64,000 nucleotides of DNA from Thermoplasmatota archaeon (GTDB taxonomy: Archaea > Thermoplasmatota > E2 > DHVEG-1), in assembly GCA_030619765.1 (NCBI GenBank), contig JAUXAU010000004.1, positions 5,717-69,716 of the forward strand. Reading direction: 5' to 3'. Of the stretch, positions 44,584-55,180 are shown one piece after another. Each line of letters starts with the position of its first letter. Within the stretch, counting starts at the first letter, position 1. Made by a program: the position numbers and the translations under genes. A model generated the notes under the pieces. That model did no database searches. It was not told the DNA's origin and was given only the letters and a program-made list of their open reading frames with translations.

Positions 44584-45117
44584 ATGAGCAGAAATTATGT
44601 AGAAGAACTCGTTTCAGAATATTATAAAATCCATGGCTATTTTGTGATGAATAATTATTGGTTTCCTTTTACTAGTGAAAGAAAAAGAATTGTAAAGGGA
44701 AAAAAACAAAAATTTACTGCTCAAAGTTGGACAGATATTGACATAGTTGCAATCAACTCAAAGGAGTTGCTACTTATTCAAACTAAGGCAATAATTAATA
44801 CAAAAAAAGTTGCAGAAAATATTATAAAATTTTTCAGGAGAGTAGATGCTTTCTTAGCTAAGGGTTTAGCTTTGGATCAAAAATCAGAAATCAAATGGTG
44901 GAAAAAGAAACGCACGATAAAAAGAATTGTTATATATGAGACTGGTATCCCAAGTTATAATCGTATTGTTGAAAATGCTGGAATTAAAACTATTGATTTT
45001 AAAGAGATCTTGGAGGACATCATTAAATATATTTCAAAGAAAAAAGGCGTTAAGGAAGGAAATCCGATCATGAGATTGATAACTTATTTAAACAACAAGA
45101 AAATCGTAAAGATATGA
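44584..45117 (+). CDS. Hjc/restriction-endonuclease-fold (PD-(D/E)xK) protein
   Basis: 'EELVSEYYKIHGYFV...TDIDIVAINSKELLLIQTK' resembles the Hjc E...D..(E/Q)xK core. Confidence 0.4.
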   Translation: MSRNYVEELVSEYYKIHGYFVMNNYWFPFTSERKRIVKGKKQKFTAQSWTDIDIVAINSKELLLIQTKAIINTKKVAENIIKFFRRVDAFLAKGLALDQKSEIKWWKKKRTIKRIVIYETGIPSYNRIVENAGIKTIDFKEILEDIIKYISKKKGVKEGNPIMRLITYLNNKKIVKI

Positions 45118-45156
45118 AAAAATATTAGTTTTAGATTTGAAAATGGAAGAGGTAAA

Positions 45157-46194
45157 ATGGTTGGTTTTTTCGATAAGAAACAATTTTATGAATTTATATT
45201 TCCTATTGAAAATTTAGAGATTACCAAAAGAAGTTTTACAGTTGGCAAAGTAAGGTTTTTTGAATATAATAATTATCAATTTAATAAGATAATGAAAAAA
45301 ATTAGAATGAAAATAGATCAAAACCAATATTATAATCAACGTCCACAAGCAAAGAAAAATGTAATTGCCACATTGAGAAAATATTATGAATTAAACCTTA
45401 ACGATAATGGCAATAAAACATGTGCGATTGCTGAATCATATAGTCATATTGATGACGCAATTTTACAAACATTGCATGATGTGAAAATCGCTGTCAATGT
45501 TTTAAAACTATATCGTTATCAAAACGATGATTTTTACAGAACTTATTTTGGTATTCAAGGAGAAATAATTCCTAGGAATGTGCGAGCAATTCTCGCTAAG
45601 GCATCTCGATCAGAAATGTATCGTCCTTCCGTTGAAACATATGGAAGTAGTTATCCTTTTAGAGTTGATGACCGTAGAATTAGTTTCATGGAAAATAATG
45701 GTTTTAATATCCTTGATAAAATGTTGAAAAAAAAGAAAAGTCAATTTAATGCATTAGACAGAAGAATTATTTCAGCAATAAATTGGTTTGGCGAGAGCTT
45801 TAATTCAAATATTGCTATAAGAGAAAAGTACAAATCAATATATCAGACTAAGCGAATAGGGACAGGGAAACCTAAGAATTATGGTCTTTCTGAACCTGAG
45901 AGATTAGTTTTTTGTATTACTGCATTGGAAGGATTATTTCTATTCAGTAACAGAGAAAAGCATGAAAGAGTTGGTGAGAGAATTTCAAAAATTATCGGAA
46001 GGAACATAACTATAAGATATGAAAAGCTGTATAAAATCAGATGTAGTATTGTTCATGGTAGCAGGAGTTATGTAGATAAAAACGAACTTGATGACATTTT
46101 TGGGTTGACTAGGTCAGCAATAATTGTATTAATTAGAAGAAAAGGTAGATTAGGTATTAAAAACGTACCAGAACTTAGAAATTGGTTAAAATGA
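45157..46194 (+). CDS. hypothetical protein with a candidate C-terminal HEPN motif
   Basis: 'KIRCSIVHGS' fits Rx4HG. Confidence 0.3.
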   Translation: MVGFFDKKQFYEFIFPIENLEITKRSFTVGKVRFFEYNNYQFNKIMKKIRMKIDQNQYYNQRPQAKKNVIATLRKYYELNLNDNGNKTCAIAESYSHIDDAILQTLHDVKIAVNVLKLYRYQNDDFYRTYFGIQGEIIPRNVRAILAKASRSEMYRPSVETYGSSYPFRVDDRRISFMENNGFNILDKMLKKKKSQFNALDRRIISAINWFGESFNSNIAIREKYKSIYQTKRIGTGKPKNYGLSEPERLVFCITALEGLFLFSNREKHERVGERISKIIGRNITIRYEKLYKIRCSIVHGSRSYVDKNELDDIFGLTRSAIIVLIRRKGRLGIKNVPELRNWLK

Positions 46195-46387
46195 AAATAT
46201 AAGTGCAAAGCTAAAAATATTTCTTCTCCTGTTACTTTTGAATTTTTGTGCAGAATTAGTATTTTTTGTGCAAAAACGATTATTTGTGCAAAGCCTAAAA
46301 CCTTTGAAAATTATATCGATACATTGGTTAGTTAGGTTTTTAAATAAGGAGTAGGTTACAAGAATGTAATTTTGGAGGAGGCAAAGG

Positions 46388-48868
46388 TTGGAGGATATAG
46401 GTTCATCAAAGAAATTAGGAGATTTTATCAATAATATTGAAAAATATAGGAGATTAAAACTTATTGGATTTGTTCTAACTCCCATAGTTATTGGCTTTTT
46501 TATTTTAAGATATTGCAATATTAAATTAAATGAACTAGAAAAAGAAATAAGAGTTGAAATACAACAAGAAATGGAAGAGATAAGAATCACACATAGAAAT
46601 GTTATAATAGATGATACTTACCTTATATATTCAAAAAGAACCGACCTTCTAAATTATTATGATGCTCGTATAAGATGGATAACCCAATTATCATCTTATA
46701 AAAATTGTTTTAGCTCCGGATTAATCGGGTTAATAGAGGAATCAGAGAAGGAAATAAGTTGTATTAGACTCAAAATAGATAATTTCAACAAAGAATTTGT
46801 CAAACGTAGAAAAAATGAATATCAATATTTGTTTGATAAAGTACCTTTTCCATTAGATGAAAATCAGAAAAATGCAATTATAATAGACGACAAACATAAT
46901 CTTGTTGTTGCAGGTGCAGGATCTGGTAAAACAGAAGTTCTCATCAACAGAATAGCTTATCTCATTGAAAGAAAACCTGATACAGTTAATCGTAAGAAAA
47001 TACTTGCTTTAGCCTTCCAGAGAGATGCAGCAAGACAAATGAAGAATAGATTGAAAGAAAGATATAATCTTGATGTTGAAATTCGAACTTTTCACTCTCT
47101 TGGACTTAATATTTTAAAAGAAATTGATGAGAGATATAAATTATATGGTGGGGATAATCATGAACAAAAATCTATTCAGCTTATATCAAAGTTAGTTAAC
47201 GATGCTAAAAAAGAAAGAGAGTTTCAGAACCATCTTATTAATTATATGAAATGGGTAGGAACATCAGAAAAGACAAAAGATGAAGCTGACTTTAAAGAAA
47301 AAGAAGAATTCTATGAATATATGAGAAATTTAGAACTGACTGCTTTAGATGAAACTAAAGTTAAAAGCCATGGAGAACTTGAAATTATTAATTTTTTCTT
47401 AACCAACAAAATAAACAATAAGAATATCAAGGTTTTATATGAAGACTATGCTGAATGGATGGAATATGAAGATCCGGATAAGTTAAAACATACTCCTCGT
47501 CCTGATTTTTATTTGCCTGATTACGATGTATATATTGAGCATTGGGCAATTGACGATGATGGAAGTACATGGGAAAATGATTATCTTCGTACAATGAAGA
47601 TTAAAAAGAAGAAGTTTGCAGAGCATAATAAAACATTGATTGAAACAACATATGGGGAATTCAAGAACAATAAAAACTTCATTGAATTATTAAAGGAACG
47701 ATTACTAAAAATATTACATGAGAAATATCCAGATAAAGATTTTACAATTACACCAATTGAATATGAAGAACTTGTTAAGAAGGTATGGGATGAGTGTAAA
47801 GTATACATTGATAATCTGCCAAAACACATAGCTAACTATATTAAAAATGCAAAAACCTATTATCTAACTCCAGAAAAAATAAGTGAGCGATTATCCAAAG
47901 AGAAGTGGAATAGAGAACAAATAACCTTCTCGCAAGTAGCTTTAAAAATCTACGAAGATTATCAGAATGAGCTCAAATCTTCAGGATATATTGATTTTGA
48001 AGATATGATAAATATTGCTATTGAAAGCTTAAAAAATAGCCCTGAATTATTAAAAGATAATTATGACCATATCCTTGTGGATGAATATCAGGACATTAGT
48101 CAGCAAAGATATGAATTAATAAAAACCATCGTGGAGAAGAATCAAAATTGTAAGTTGTTTTGCGTTGGTGATGATTGGCAGAGTATCATGAGTTTTGCAG
48201 GTTCAAATCCTGAATTTTTCATTAATTTTGATAAATATTTTGACCATCCTGCAAGAACTGATTTAACATTTAATTATCGAAGTATAAAATCAATCGTTGA
48301 AACTGGAAATGAAATAATCAAGTATAACGGTGACCAACAAATATCAAAAAAGGTCTATGCGAATAATGAGCAGATAGTACCTATTGATGTTTTTTATCTA
48401 ATGCATAAGGAAAATTATAAATGGAAATATTATAAACAGATGGTAGAGGACTGTATTGACCGTATTAAATACCATTTAGATAACGGATATGAATCCGAGG
48501 ACATTATGGTCTTAACTCGAATTACTAAAAATCCTATATATAAGGAATTTTTTTATGAGTATGTAAACAATAATAATATTTCATTTTCCTCGATACATAA
48601 GAGCAAGGGTTTACAATCAAAGATTGTCTTTTTACTTGATATGAAAGAAGGTGTGTATGGGTTCCCATGTCAACTTCATAATCCAGTAATATTTGAACCA
48701 GCTCGTATGGAGGTAATATCAGATAAGGTCGTTGAAGAAAGACGATTATTTTATGTTGCTGTTACACGAGCTAAAGAAAAACTATATGTTTACTCACAAA
48801 AATCTAATCCCAGCAGATTTTTATCTGAAATGGGAGAATATGTTAATCACCAGAATATTGGTTATTGA
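46388..48868 (+). CDS. UvrD/PcrA-like SF1 helicase with an N-terminal TM/coiled-coil region and a ~370-aa insertion carrying a nuclease-like motif
   Basis: Walker A 'VVAGAGSGKTEV', motif II 'ILVDEYQDIS', motif VI 'VAVTRAKEKLYVY'; insertion has 'PRPDFYLPDYDVYIEHW'. Confidence 0.75.
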   Translation: MEDIGSSKKLGDFINNIEKYRRLKLIGFVLTPIVIGFFILRYCNIKLNELEKEIRVEIQQEMEEIRITHRNVIIDDTYLIYSKRTDLLNYYDARIRWITQLSSYKNCFSSGLIGLIEESEKEISCIRLKIDNFNKEFVKRRKNEYQYLFDKVPFPLDENQKNAIIIDDKHNLVVAGAGSGKTEVLINRIAYLIERKPDTVNRKKILALAFQRDAARQMKNRLKERYNLDVEIRTFHSLGLNILKEIDERYKLYGGDNHEQKSIQLISKLVNDAKKEREFQNHLINYMKWVGTSEKTKDEADFKEKEEFYEYMRNLELTALDETKVKSHGELEIINFFLTNKINNKNIKVLYEDYAEWMEYEDPDKLKHTPRPDFYLPDYDVYIEHWAIDDDGSTWENDYLRTMKIKKKKFAEHNKTLIETTYGEFKNNKNFIELLKERLLKILHEKYPDKDFTITPIEYEELVKKVWDECKVYIDNLPKHIANYIKNAKTYYLTPEKISERLSKEKWNREQITFSQVALKIYEDYQNELKSSGYIDFEDMINIAIESLKNSPELLKDNYDHILVDEYQDISQQRYELIKTIVEKNQNCKLFCVGDDWQSIMSFAGSNPEFFINFDKYFDHPARTDLTFNYRSIKSIVETGNEIIKYNGDQQISKKVYANNEQIVPIDVFYLMHKENYKWKYYKQMVEDCIDRIKYHLDNGYESEDIMVLTRITKNPIYKEFFYEYVNNNNISFSSIHKSKGLQSKIVFLLDMKEGVYGFPCQLHNPVIFEPARMEVISDKVVEERRLFYVAVTRAKEKLYVYSQKSNPSRFLSEMGEYVNHQNIGY

Positions 48869-48943
48869 TATGAAGTTGAAGATTTGGAGGAGGAAAAGGA
48901 AATGAATAACAATAGGGGATTTCTCGCAACAGGTATAATACTA

Positions 48944-50380
48944 TTAATTCTCGGAATATTTTTCGATTTTCTTTAAATCTTTGATTTCAATGTATTTATT
49001 TTTATCAGAACTTGCATCATTGTATTTCATGCCAGTAGCAAATCCAAAATTAAATAGTAAATCTTCTATCTTGCCGTGATAATGGCTATAAGCATTTAAA
49101 CTTCTATGTGTTTTTAGTTCTTGTTTTAGTTTATTATCAAGTTTTTCTATCAATTTATCCTTTTCTTTGGTTGGTATTGCTCTAAACATTAAAATCAATT
49201 TCTTGATTGATTCGATTTGTTCCGCATGATAGGAGTGAATAGCAATTAAACCTAATTCGTGATAATAAATTCGGTTGTCCGGTAAATCAGACATTAAATA
49301 AACTAAGAATTTGAAGAATTTAAGATTACCCCATACCCAAGTGATATTTACTAATCCAGTTGTATAAATTGAACGTAGTCTAGATACATCTGTAGTTGAG
49401 GTTTTAACCAACTCATATCCAAGAGCTGTTATTTTATATTCACTTCTGTTATATTTTTGTATTAGTCCTAATCGTTCTAAATAATTCTTATGTTGACGAA
49501 TAAACCAATCTCTTTTTTGTTCTTCTGTATATCTATGTTTATATGTTATACCTGCCTGTTTTATTATAGAATTGACGTATCTAATGTCTTTTCGACTCGT
49601 TGAGAATGATGCATATCCGTCACTTTTGTATTCTTTACTTTTGATAATTAATTCTATAATTTTTCGTAGTTCCTTTAATTTATCTGTATTAATTATTCCA
49701 TGTCCTGGTAATAAATACCAACCACGCCATTTTTCCAAATTTACAATTTTTTTATTACTTTTAATATATTTTATCCAATCATCTACAAATGTGAGGATTG
49801 TTTTACTATTCTCACCGAAATTATAGGTTCCATCCTCCTTATATTTGATTTTAATATGTTTGGTTTTCTCAACATCTTTGTAATTGTCAATATATTCATC
49901 ATCAATCAATAAAGATTTTTCACTTTCCCATAATTTCCTAAAATATTTTATTTGCTGTTTAATGATCGTGGTTTTTCCCTTAATTATAATGTTTGCTTCA
50001 ATGTTTTTTTCTAATGCACCTTTACTTATATTTGATGATCCAGTAATGGTAATTATATTTGGTTTGGAATGAAATATCCATAATTTTGGATGATATGTTT
50101 TTTGTGGATCTCGATATACTTTGAGTATCACGCCCATCTTCAATAATTCTCTAAGAGCAGTACTCTCAGAGATATTCATATCTTCTCCAAATAATAATTC
50201 AATTTTTCCTCCATCCTGAATAAACTTTTGAAATGTAGGCTTTAAATAATCAACACCAGACCTCCTGACAAATGAAATTCCCATTTGAACCTTTTTCAGA
50301 TTTTCTATTTCAAAGCAATCTATGATTGCTTTTAATGTTGTTTGCCCATTGTCGTTAAAAACAAATACTAAATCCTTCAC
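48944..50380 (-). CDS. PLD-family (Nuc/BfiI-like) nuclease-domain protein
   Basis: 'YHPKLWIFHSKPNIITITGSSNISKGAL' is a degenerate HxK..D..GSxN motif; convergent with the helicase. Confidence 0.45.
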   Translation of the reverse strand: MKDLVFVFNDNGQTTLKAIIDCFEIENLKKVQMGISFVRRSGVDYLKPTFQKFIQDGGKIELLFGEDMNISESTALRELLKMGVILKVYRDPQKTYHPKLWIFHSKPNIITITGSSNISKGALEKNIEANIIIKGKTTIIKQQIKYFRKLWESEKSLLIDDEYIDNYKDVEKTKHIKIKYKEDGTYNFGENSKTILTFVDDWIKYIKSNKKIVNLEKWRGWYLLPGHGIINTDKLKELRKIIELIIKSKEYKSDGYASFSTSRKDIRYVNSIIKQAGITYKHRYTEEQKRDWFIRQHKNYLERLGLIQKYNRSEYKITALGYELVKTSTTDVSRLRSIYTTGLVNITWVWGNLKFFKFLVYLMSDLPDNRIYYHELGLIAIHSYHAEQIESIKKLILMFRAIPTKEKDKLIEKLDNKLKQELKTHRSLNAYSHYHGKIEDLLFNFGFATGMKYNDASSDKNKYIEIKDLKKIEKYSEN

Positions 50381-50578
50381 TCTATTGCTATCTTAATATT
50401 CTTTTATAAAGATTGTGAACATGAATTTTATGATATGCAACATTTTGATAATCCTTTTAACTTTTAACCATTGTTCTATGTTTATATTAAATTTTTTTTG
50501 GAACAACATCCGAATCTAAAAAGGATCACCTATAAAAACCAATTATCTAATCTAAAGTGTTGTATACCATTTATCCTA

Positions 50579-51007
50579 TTATGACCAAACTCCTTTTCTT
50601 TTTGATAAAGAAATCAGGATTTCAATATCTTTGTCATCAATTTCAAGGATATATCCATTCATATGTTTACTCGCTTTTAATAATTTGGAAGAAATGTTTG
50701 GATGTTGTTTTACTAATTTCAACGGAACTGGATTTTCTAATAGACATGTATTTGACAAATCAATTATATATTTTTTACCATTATCATATACTTCAGAAGT
50801 CACGATAGATTTGGCTACAAATGCAGATTTAAACATTTTTACTAGAGTGTTTTCTTTTTTAAGATAATGGAAAATAATGTCACCTTTTTCCACTCGGCTC
50901 ATTATATAAAAAATCTTTTTATTTCGAAATGATATTAAATCTTCCTTACCTTCTAGCTTTTTCTCCAGAGAATCTGTGCCACATTTAACTTCAATCCAAG
51001 TTGTCAT
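50579..51007 (-). CDS. EVE/PUA-like domain protein
   Basis: About 140 aa; 'W...VKCG...GDIIFHY...VAKSIVTSEVYD' pattern resembles an EVE domain. Confidence 0.3.
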   Translation of the reverse strand: MTTWIEVKCGTDSLEKKLEGKEDLISFRNKKIFYIMSRVEKGDIIFHYLKKENTLVKMFKSAFVAKSIVTSEVYDNGKKYIIDLSNTCLLENPVPLKLVKQHPNISSKLLKASKHMNGYILEIDDKDIEILISLSKRKGVWS

Positions 51008-51390
51008 GTTTTTACCTTTTTTTATAATTATATGACATATTGAAGATGAATAGTTGGTATATAGGAGAATGGATAAACATATTGGTATAATTTCTTATTT
51101 TCTAGTATTTATATACTCATTCTCTTTAGCTCCTGTTAAAAATTAGGTTTAGTAGTGCGAATATATTAAATATCTCCTTTTAGATTTGTGAATTGGAGAT
51201 TTCATTTTTTCGGTTCCGAAAGTGCATCGAAATTTCCTGTCTAGGGAGATCTCAACCAACATTCCCTACGGCCCTTATTAACTTATGTTTCTACTTATCT
51301 TATTATCTCATAAAATATGGTGTACTAAAAATTTTCCGGAATGAGAGTTTCCACATGGCAAAAAATTAAAAAGAAAAAATAACGATGAAT

Positions 51391-52110
51391 TTATATCTTT
51401 GACAATTTACTTAATTTCTCTTCTGCTTTTTCAACTTTAGCTTTTAATTCATCTTCATTCAAATCTGGATGGAGTTTCATCATAAAATCGCAAAAATCGA
51501 TAAATGATCGTTGATCGATGTTTGCAATTCGAGTATAACTACCATCTATTGCAGCTCTACCGATTTTACCTGGAGTATAATAACTTACAATATCAAGATT
51601 CTTGTTATAATTTGCCATCAAACCTCGTTCTAAAAATGTGGCATATCCCACAACAACAGTGTCAATAAATTTTTCATATTCAACATATATTTCATGGGCA
51701 GTTAATTCAACGTTAAAAATATCTTCTTTAGTCATACCCTTTTTCTTTGGATATGGATGAGGAACATCGTCAGGCATTTCAGGTCTATGAGTGATCAAAG
51801 TTTGAAAAAAGCTATCTTTCATAATACCAGTATCTGCCACTTTAAATTCCATAAAATATGTGTTTTCTGGATTTTTAGAATCAATGATAAGGACATCTGG
51901 CATATATCTGATGAACTGAACATTCTTAGTATGAGTATCCTCTAAAAGTTTATGAATCTCCTTAGTTAGTATTTCTATCCCATATCGAAAAGCACAAAGG
52001 GGTTTAATAGTAAGAACTCCATCCAACATAATTTGCATCATTTCTTCTGATAATTTCGTTCTTTTATCAAACCCATCTGAAATCATTATACATTCATCTA
52101 ATATTTTCAA
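51391..52110 (-). CDS. candidate restriction endonuclease (PD-(D/E)xK)
   Basis: 'YMPDVLIIDSKNPENTYFMEFKVAD'; divergent from the MTase. Confidence 0.35.
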   Translation of the reverse strand: MKILDECIMISDGFDKRTKLSEEMMQIMLDGVLTIKPLCAFRYGIEILTKEIHKLLEDTHTKNVQFIRYMPDVLIIDSKNPENTYFMEFKVADTGIMKDSFFQTLITHRPEMPDDVPHPYPKKKGMTKEDIFNVELTAHEIYVEYEKFIDTVVVGYATFLERGLMANYNKNLDIVSYYTPGKIGRAAIDGSYTRIANIDQRSFIDFCDFMMKLHPDLNEDELKAKVEKAEEKLSKLSKI

Positions 52111-52203
52111 ATGATTTAAAACCTTTTAATATATACTTTTGACATTCTCATAAAAGAACTTATTAACATTCATTGGGATTATCTTTAGGGGAGCAACAAT
52201 AAA

Positions 52204-53148
52204 ATGGTCAATGAAACGATCATATCCGCAAACAATAATTATTCTGAAGAAAAAGAAATAGGCGAAAATAGAGTTGATCCAAGAAATAAACTAAATGAAT
52301 TAAACGGTAGAAACTGGATTAAAGCAACAAAAAGCATATGGTATAGCAGACCCCCTCGACGGGACGAACTAAAAGAACAACATCCTGCCACATACGCAGA
52401 AAGTGATATTGAGCAATTGATTAAATTTTTTACAAAAGAGGGACAAACTGTATTAGATCCTTTTCTTGGATCTGGTAGCACCTTAATTGCTTGTCACGAT
52501 ACTAAAAGATTTGGAACAGGAATTGAACTCATTGACAAATGGGTTGAAATTTCACAGGAAAGAGTTAAGCAAGTTGAAACTCAGAAGACATTAGATTCAT
52601 TTGCCATAGAGCAAGAAACAACTCAAAAAATCATTCATGGTGATGCTGAAGGGGAATTGAAAAAAATAGAATCAGAATATTTTCATTTCATTGTTACCAG
52701 TCCGCCATATTGGGGGATTTTAAATAAACCACTGGATCATAAGACAAAAAAAGAAAGAGTTGGGAAGGGTTTAGATGTTAGATATAGTGAAGATGAAAAA
52801 GATTTAGCTAATGTTGAGAAGTATTCAGATTTTTTAAAAGCATTACAAAAAACCTGGAAAGCATGCTATAGAGTTTTGAAGAAAAATAAGTACATGTGTA
52901 TAGTAGTTTCTGATTTCAGGCATAAAAATAGATTTATTCTTTATCATGCTGATATTACAAAATCTATGGAAGAAATTGGATTTATTCTAAAGGGAATGAT
53001 AATTTTAGTTCAGGACAGCAAAACACTCTATCCTTATGGGTATCCTTTTGAATATGTGCCAAACATCCATCACCAAAATATTTTAATCTTTAAAAAGGAT
53101 GAAAATAATGAAAAATTAAAGGATATTTCAAATGGTAAGAGAGGGTGA
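52204..53148 (+). CDS. DNA N4-cytosine/N6-adenine methyltransferase
   Basis: Motif I 'LDPFLGSGSTL', motif IV 'VTSPPYWG'. Confidence 0.75.
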   Translation: MVNETIISANNNYSEEKEIGENRVDPRNKLNELNGRNWIKATKSIWYSRPPRRDELKEQHPATYAESDIEQLIKFFTKEGQTVLDPFLGSGSTLIACHDTKRFGTGIELIDKWVEISQERVKQVETQKTLDSFAIEQETTQKIIHGDAEGELKKIESEYFHFIVTSPPYWGILNKPLDHKTKKERVGKGLDVRYSEDEKDLANVEKYSDFLKALQKTWKACYRVLKKNKYMCIVVSDFRHKNRFILYHADITKSMEEIGFILKGMIILVQDSKTLYPYGYPFEYVPNIHHQNILIFKKDENNEKLKDISNGKRG

Positions 53149-54694
53149 AGTTTGTTGCGGTGTTGTTAAATGGCTTGTTTCTAAGCAACAAGAACTAGAT
53201 CGAGAAACAGGTAATAAAAAACATCTAGCTTTTTGGGCAGATAAAAAAACCTTTGATGGAATAAAGAGGCATTTAGGGATTTCAAGTACTTCTAATTTAG
53301 ACCATACAAAAACTTCAATCTCTAACAATTTCAATGTCGATTCAGACCTACTGGAGAGGTGTTGGCTTGAAATTGAAGATATTAGGATCCCTTATTCTAC
53401 TTCAAGTGATGTTCTGCCAGATTTTGTGGCTCATATATTTGACACATCTTCAAATATTTCAGAGACATGGGCTATTGAGGCAAAACCTAATGATATAGCC
53501 TCCATTCAAAGAGGTTATTTCCAAGTAATTTCTCATGCATTAGGTGTTTCAAAATCATACATTGCCATTCCTAGTGATTTAGAGGAGGCTGTTAAAAATC
53601 TTTACTATTACAATTATGGTATATTATTATATGATCCCACAAATCATACAATTGAAGAAAAATCAAAGCAAATCATTACAAGAGCCAATCCAGAAATTAT
53701 GGGCTACCTAACTAATTATCTGAGAGATTATCATTTTAAGAATCCGTCACATTTTCAAAGTCCATATGGCATTCCTTTTAGAGTTTCAAGAATATCTATT
53801 AGTGCTCGGGACAGCCTTTTGGTGTTAGCATTAAAACTATATTTTGATCATAATACGGATAATATTACCAACAGGGAGCCAAAAATTTTTGATTTGAAAA
53901 GAATGAGTTTTATTGATAAAAATGAGAACATAACTGATGATGCAAAATTCTTTTTTGAGATACTAGAAAAATATATCGAAGAGAAAATTACTTATCGACC
54001 AAGGGGAAGAACAAGAGCAATAGTAAATTATTTTATTAATAGCATTCCTTCTGTACAAGGAATGAATTTATTATATGAGGGGAATCCTTTTGGAAATTTT
54101 GTTTCGAATATTTTACACATGTTCTTAATATCGAACAATAGCTTGAAAGAATTAATTGGATGGATTAAACAAGCGACAGAAGAATCTGGAGGGGAGCACC
54201 CTATTTTTTCACATGTATTTACTATAGGGCTTAAAAGAAACCCCCTTTTACTTAGAGATATGATGCTTTCTCCTCATTTAAACACTACCACTCCTACATT
54301 CCATAATCCTCTAACAAGAGGAGGGAATGTTTGTGTAAATTGTGATCATCAGGATAAGAAAGGATTTTGCTTTTGTACAAATATTAGTTTAGTAAATCAT
54401 GTTGATTTTCAGAAGAAATATGGTGATTTCATTGAGATCTGGAGAAAACATGTACCTTATGAGTTCTTTACTGATCCTGCCTTACACAAACGATTTATTA
54501 AAATTCATACTTATTCAAATGGAAGAGAAGTTGAAATATTAGCTCCAGGATTTGTCAAATGTCTGATTCATACTGATACAAATAAAACAACAGGTATACT
54601 AAGACATTCTAAAATCCTAGGTAAAGATGTTAGAAGCGGTATAAAAGCAGAGCTTTGCACTAGATTTGATCCTTATTATTTAGAAACCACATAG
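53132..54694 (+). CDS. large hypothetical protein, translationally coupled to the MTase; PD-ExK-like motif and a C-terminal Cys cluster
   Basis: 'LPDFVAHIF...ETWAIEAK'; 'CVNCDHQDKKGFCFC'; ATG overlaps the MTase stop. Confidence 0.3.
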   Translation: MVREGEVCCGVVKWLVSKQQELDRETGNKKHLAFWADKKTFDGIKRHLGISSTSNLDHTKTSISNNFNVDSDLLERCWLEIEDIRIPYSTSSDVLPDFVAHIFDTSSNISETWAIEAKPNDIASIQRGYFQVISHALGVSKSYIAIPSDLEEAVKNLYYYNYGILLYDPTNHTIEEKSKQIITRANPEIMGYLTNYLRDYHFKNPSHFQSPYGIPFRVSRISISARDSLLVLALKLYFDHNTDNITNREPKIFDLKRMSFIDKNENITDDAKFFFEILEKYIEEKITYRPRGRTRAIVNYFINSIPSVQGMNLLYEGNPFGNFVSNILHMFLISNNSLKELIGWIKQATEESGGEHPIFSHVFTIGLKRNPLLLRDMMLSPHLNTTTPTFHNPLTRGGNVCVNCDHQDKKGFCFCTNISLVNHVDFQKKYGDFIEIWRKHVPYEFFTDPALHKRFIKIHTYSNGREVEILAPGFVKCLIHTDTNKTTGILRHSKILGKDVRSGIKAELCTRFDPYYLETT

Positions 54695-54741
54695 ATATAG
54701 AAAGTTTATTAATACCTAAGACATTTTACCTTGGGGGTTGA

Positions 54742-55011
54742 ATGGCAATAGAGCATAAGTTATTTGGAACTCAGCAGAAATATGGTTATGTATGGTGGAA
54801 TGCAAAGGATAATGATAAATTCAAGAAAGTTCTACCAAAGGAAAAATTTGTGTTATATTTTCATGAAAAAAAAGTTGGTGAACGCATGGTTGATTGGAGT
54901 AGACGTCGATTTATTCTTGGAAAGAGGGTCATGCGAGAACATTTGAAAAAGAACGATACCATAAAAATTTCTAATCCAACTGGAAATAAAGTTGTCATAA
55001 GCAAAAGATAA
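54742..55011 (+). CDS. hypothetical protein
   Basis: ORF track; followed in another frame by a copy of the Zn-ribbon mini-ORF (55011..55115). Confidence 0.3.
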   Translation: MAIEHKLFGTQQKYGYVWWNAKDNDKFKKVLPKEKFVLYFHEKKVGERMVDWSRRRFILGKRVMREHLKKNDTIKISNPTGNKVVISKR

Positions 55012-55180
55012 TCCGTAAAATCTGCGATGTAAACGAAACAGATAATCCTGATGGGATTTGCGATGATTGTAAGTTTTCGATAATTAGTAATGATGATATA
55101 CCACCAGATATATAACCAAAAAATTCCGTGATTTTGCTATATCGATTTTATAAGGAATATTCCTAATTTTAATTATGAAA

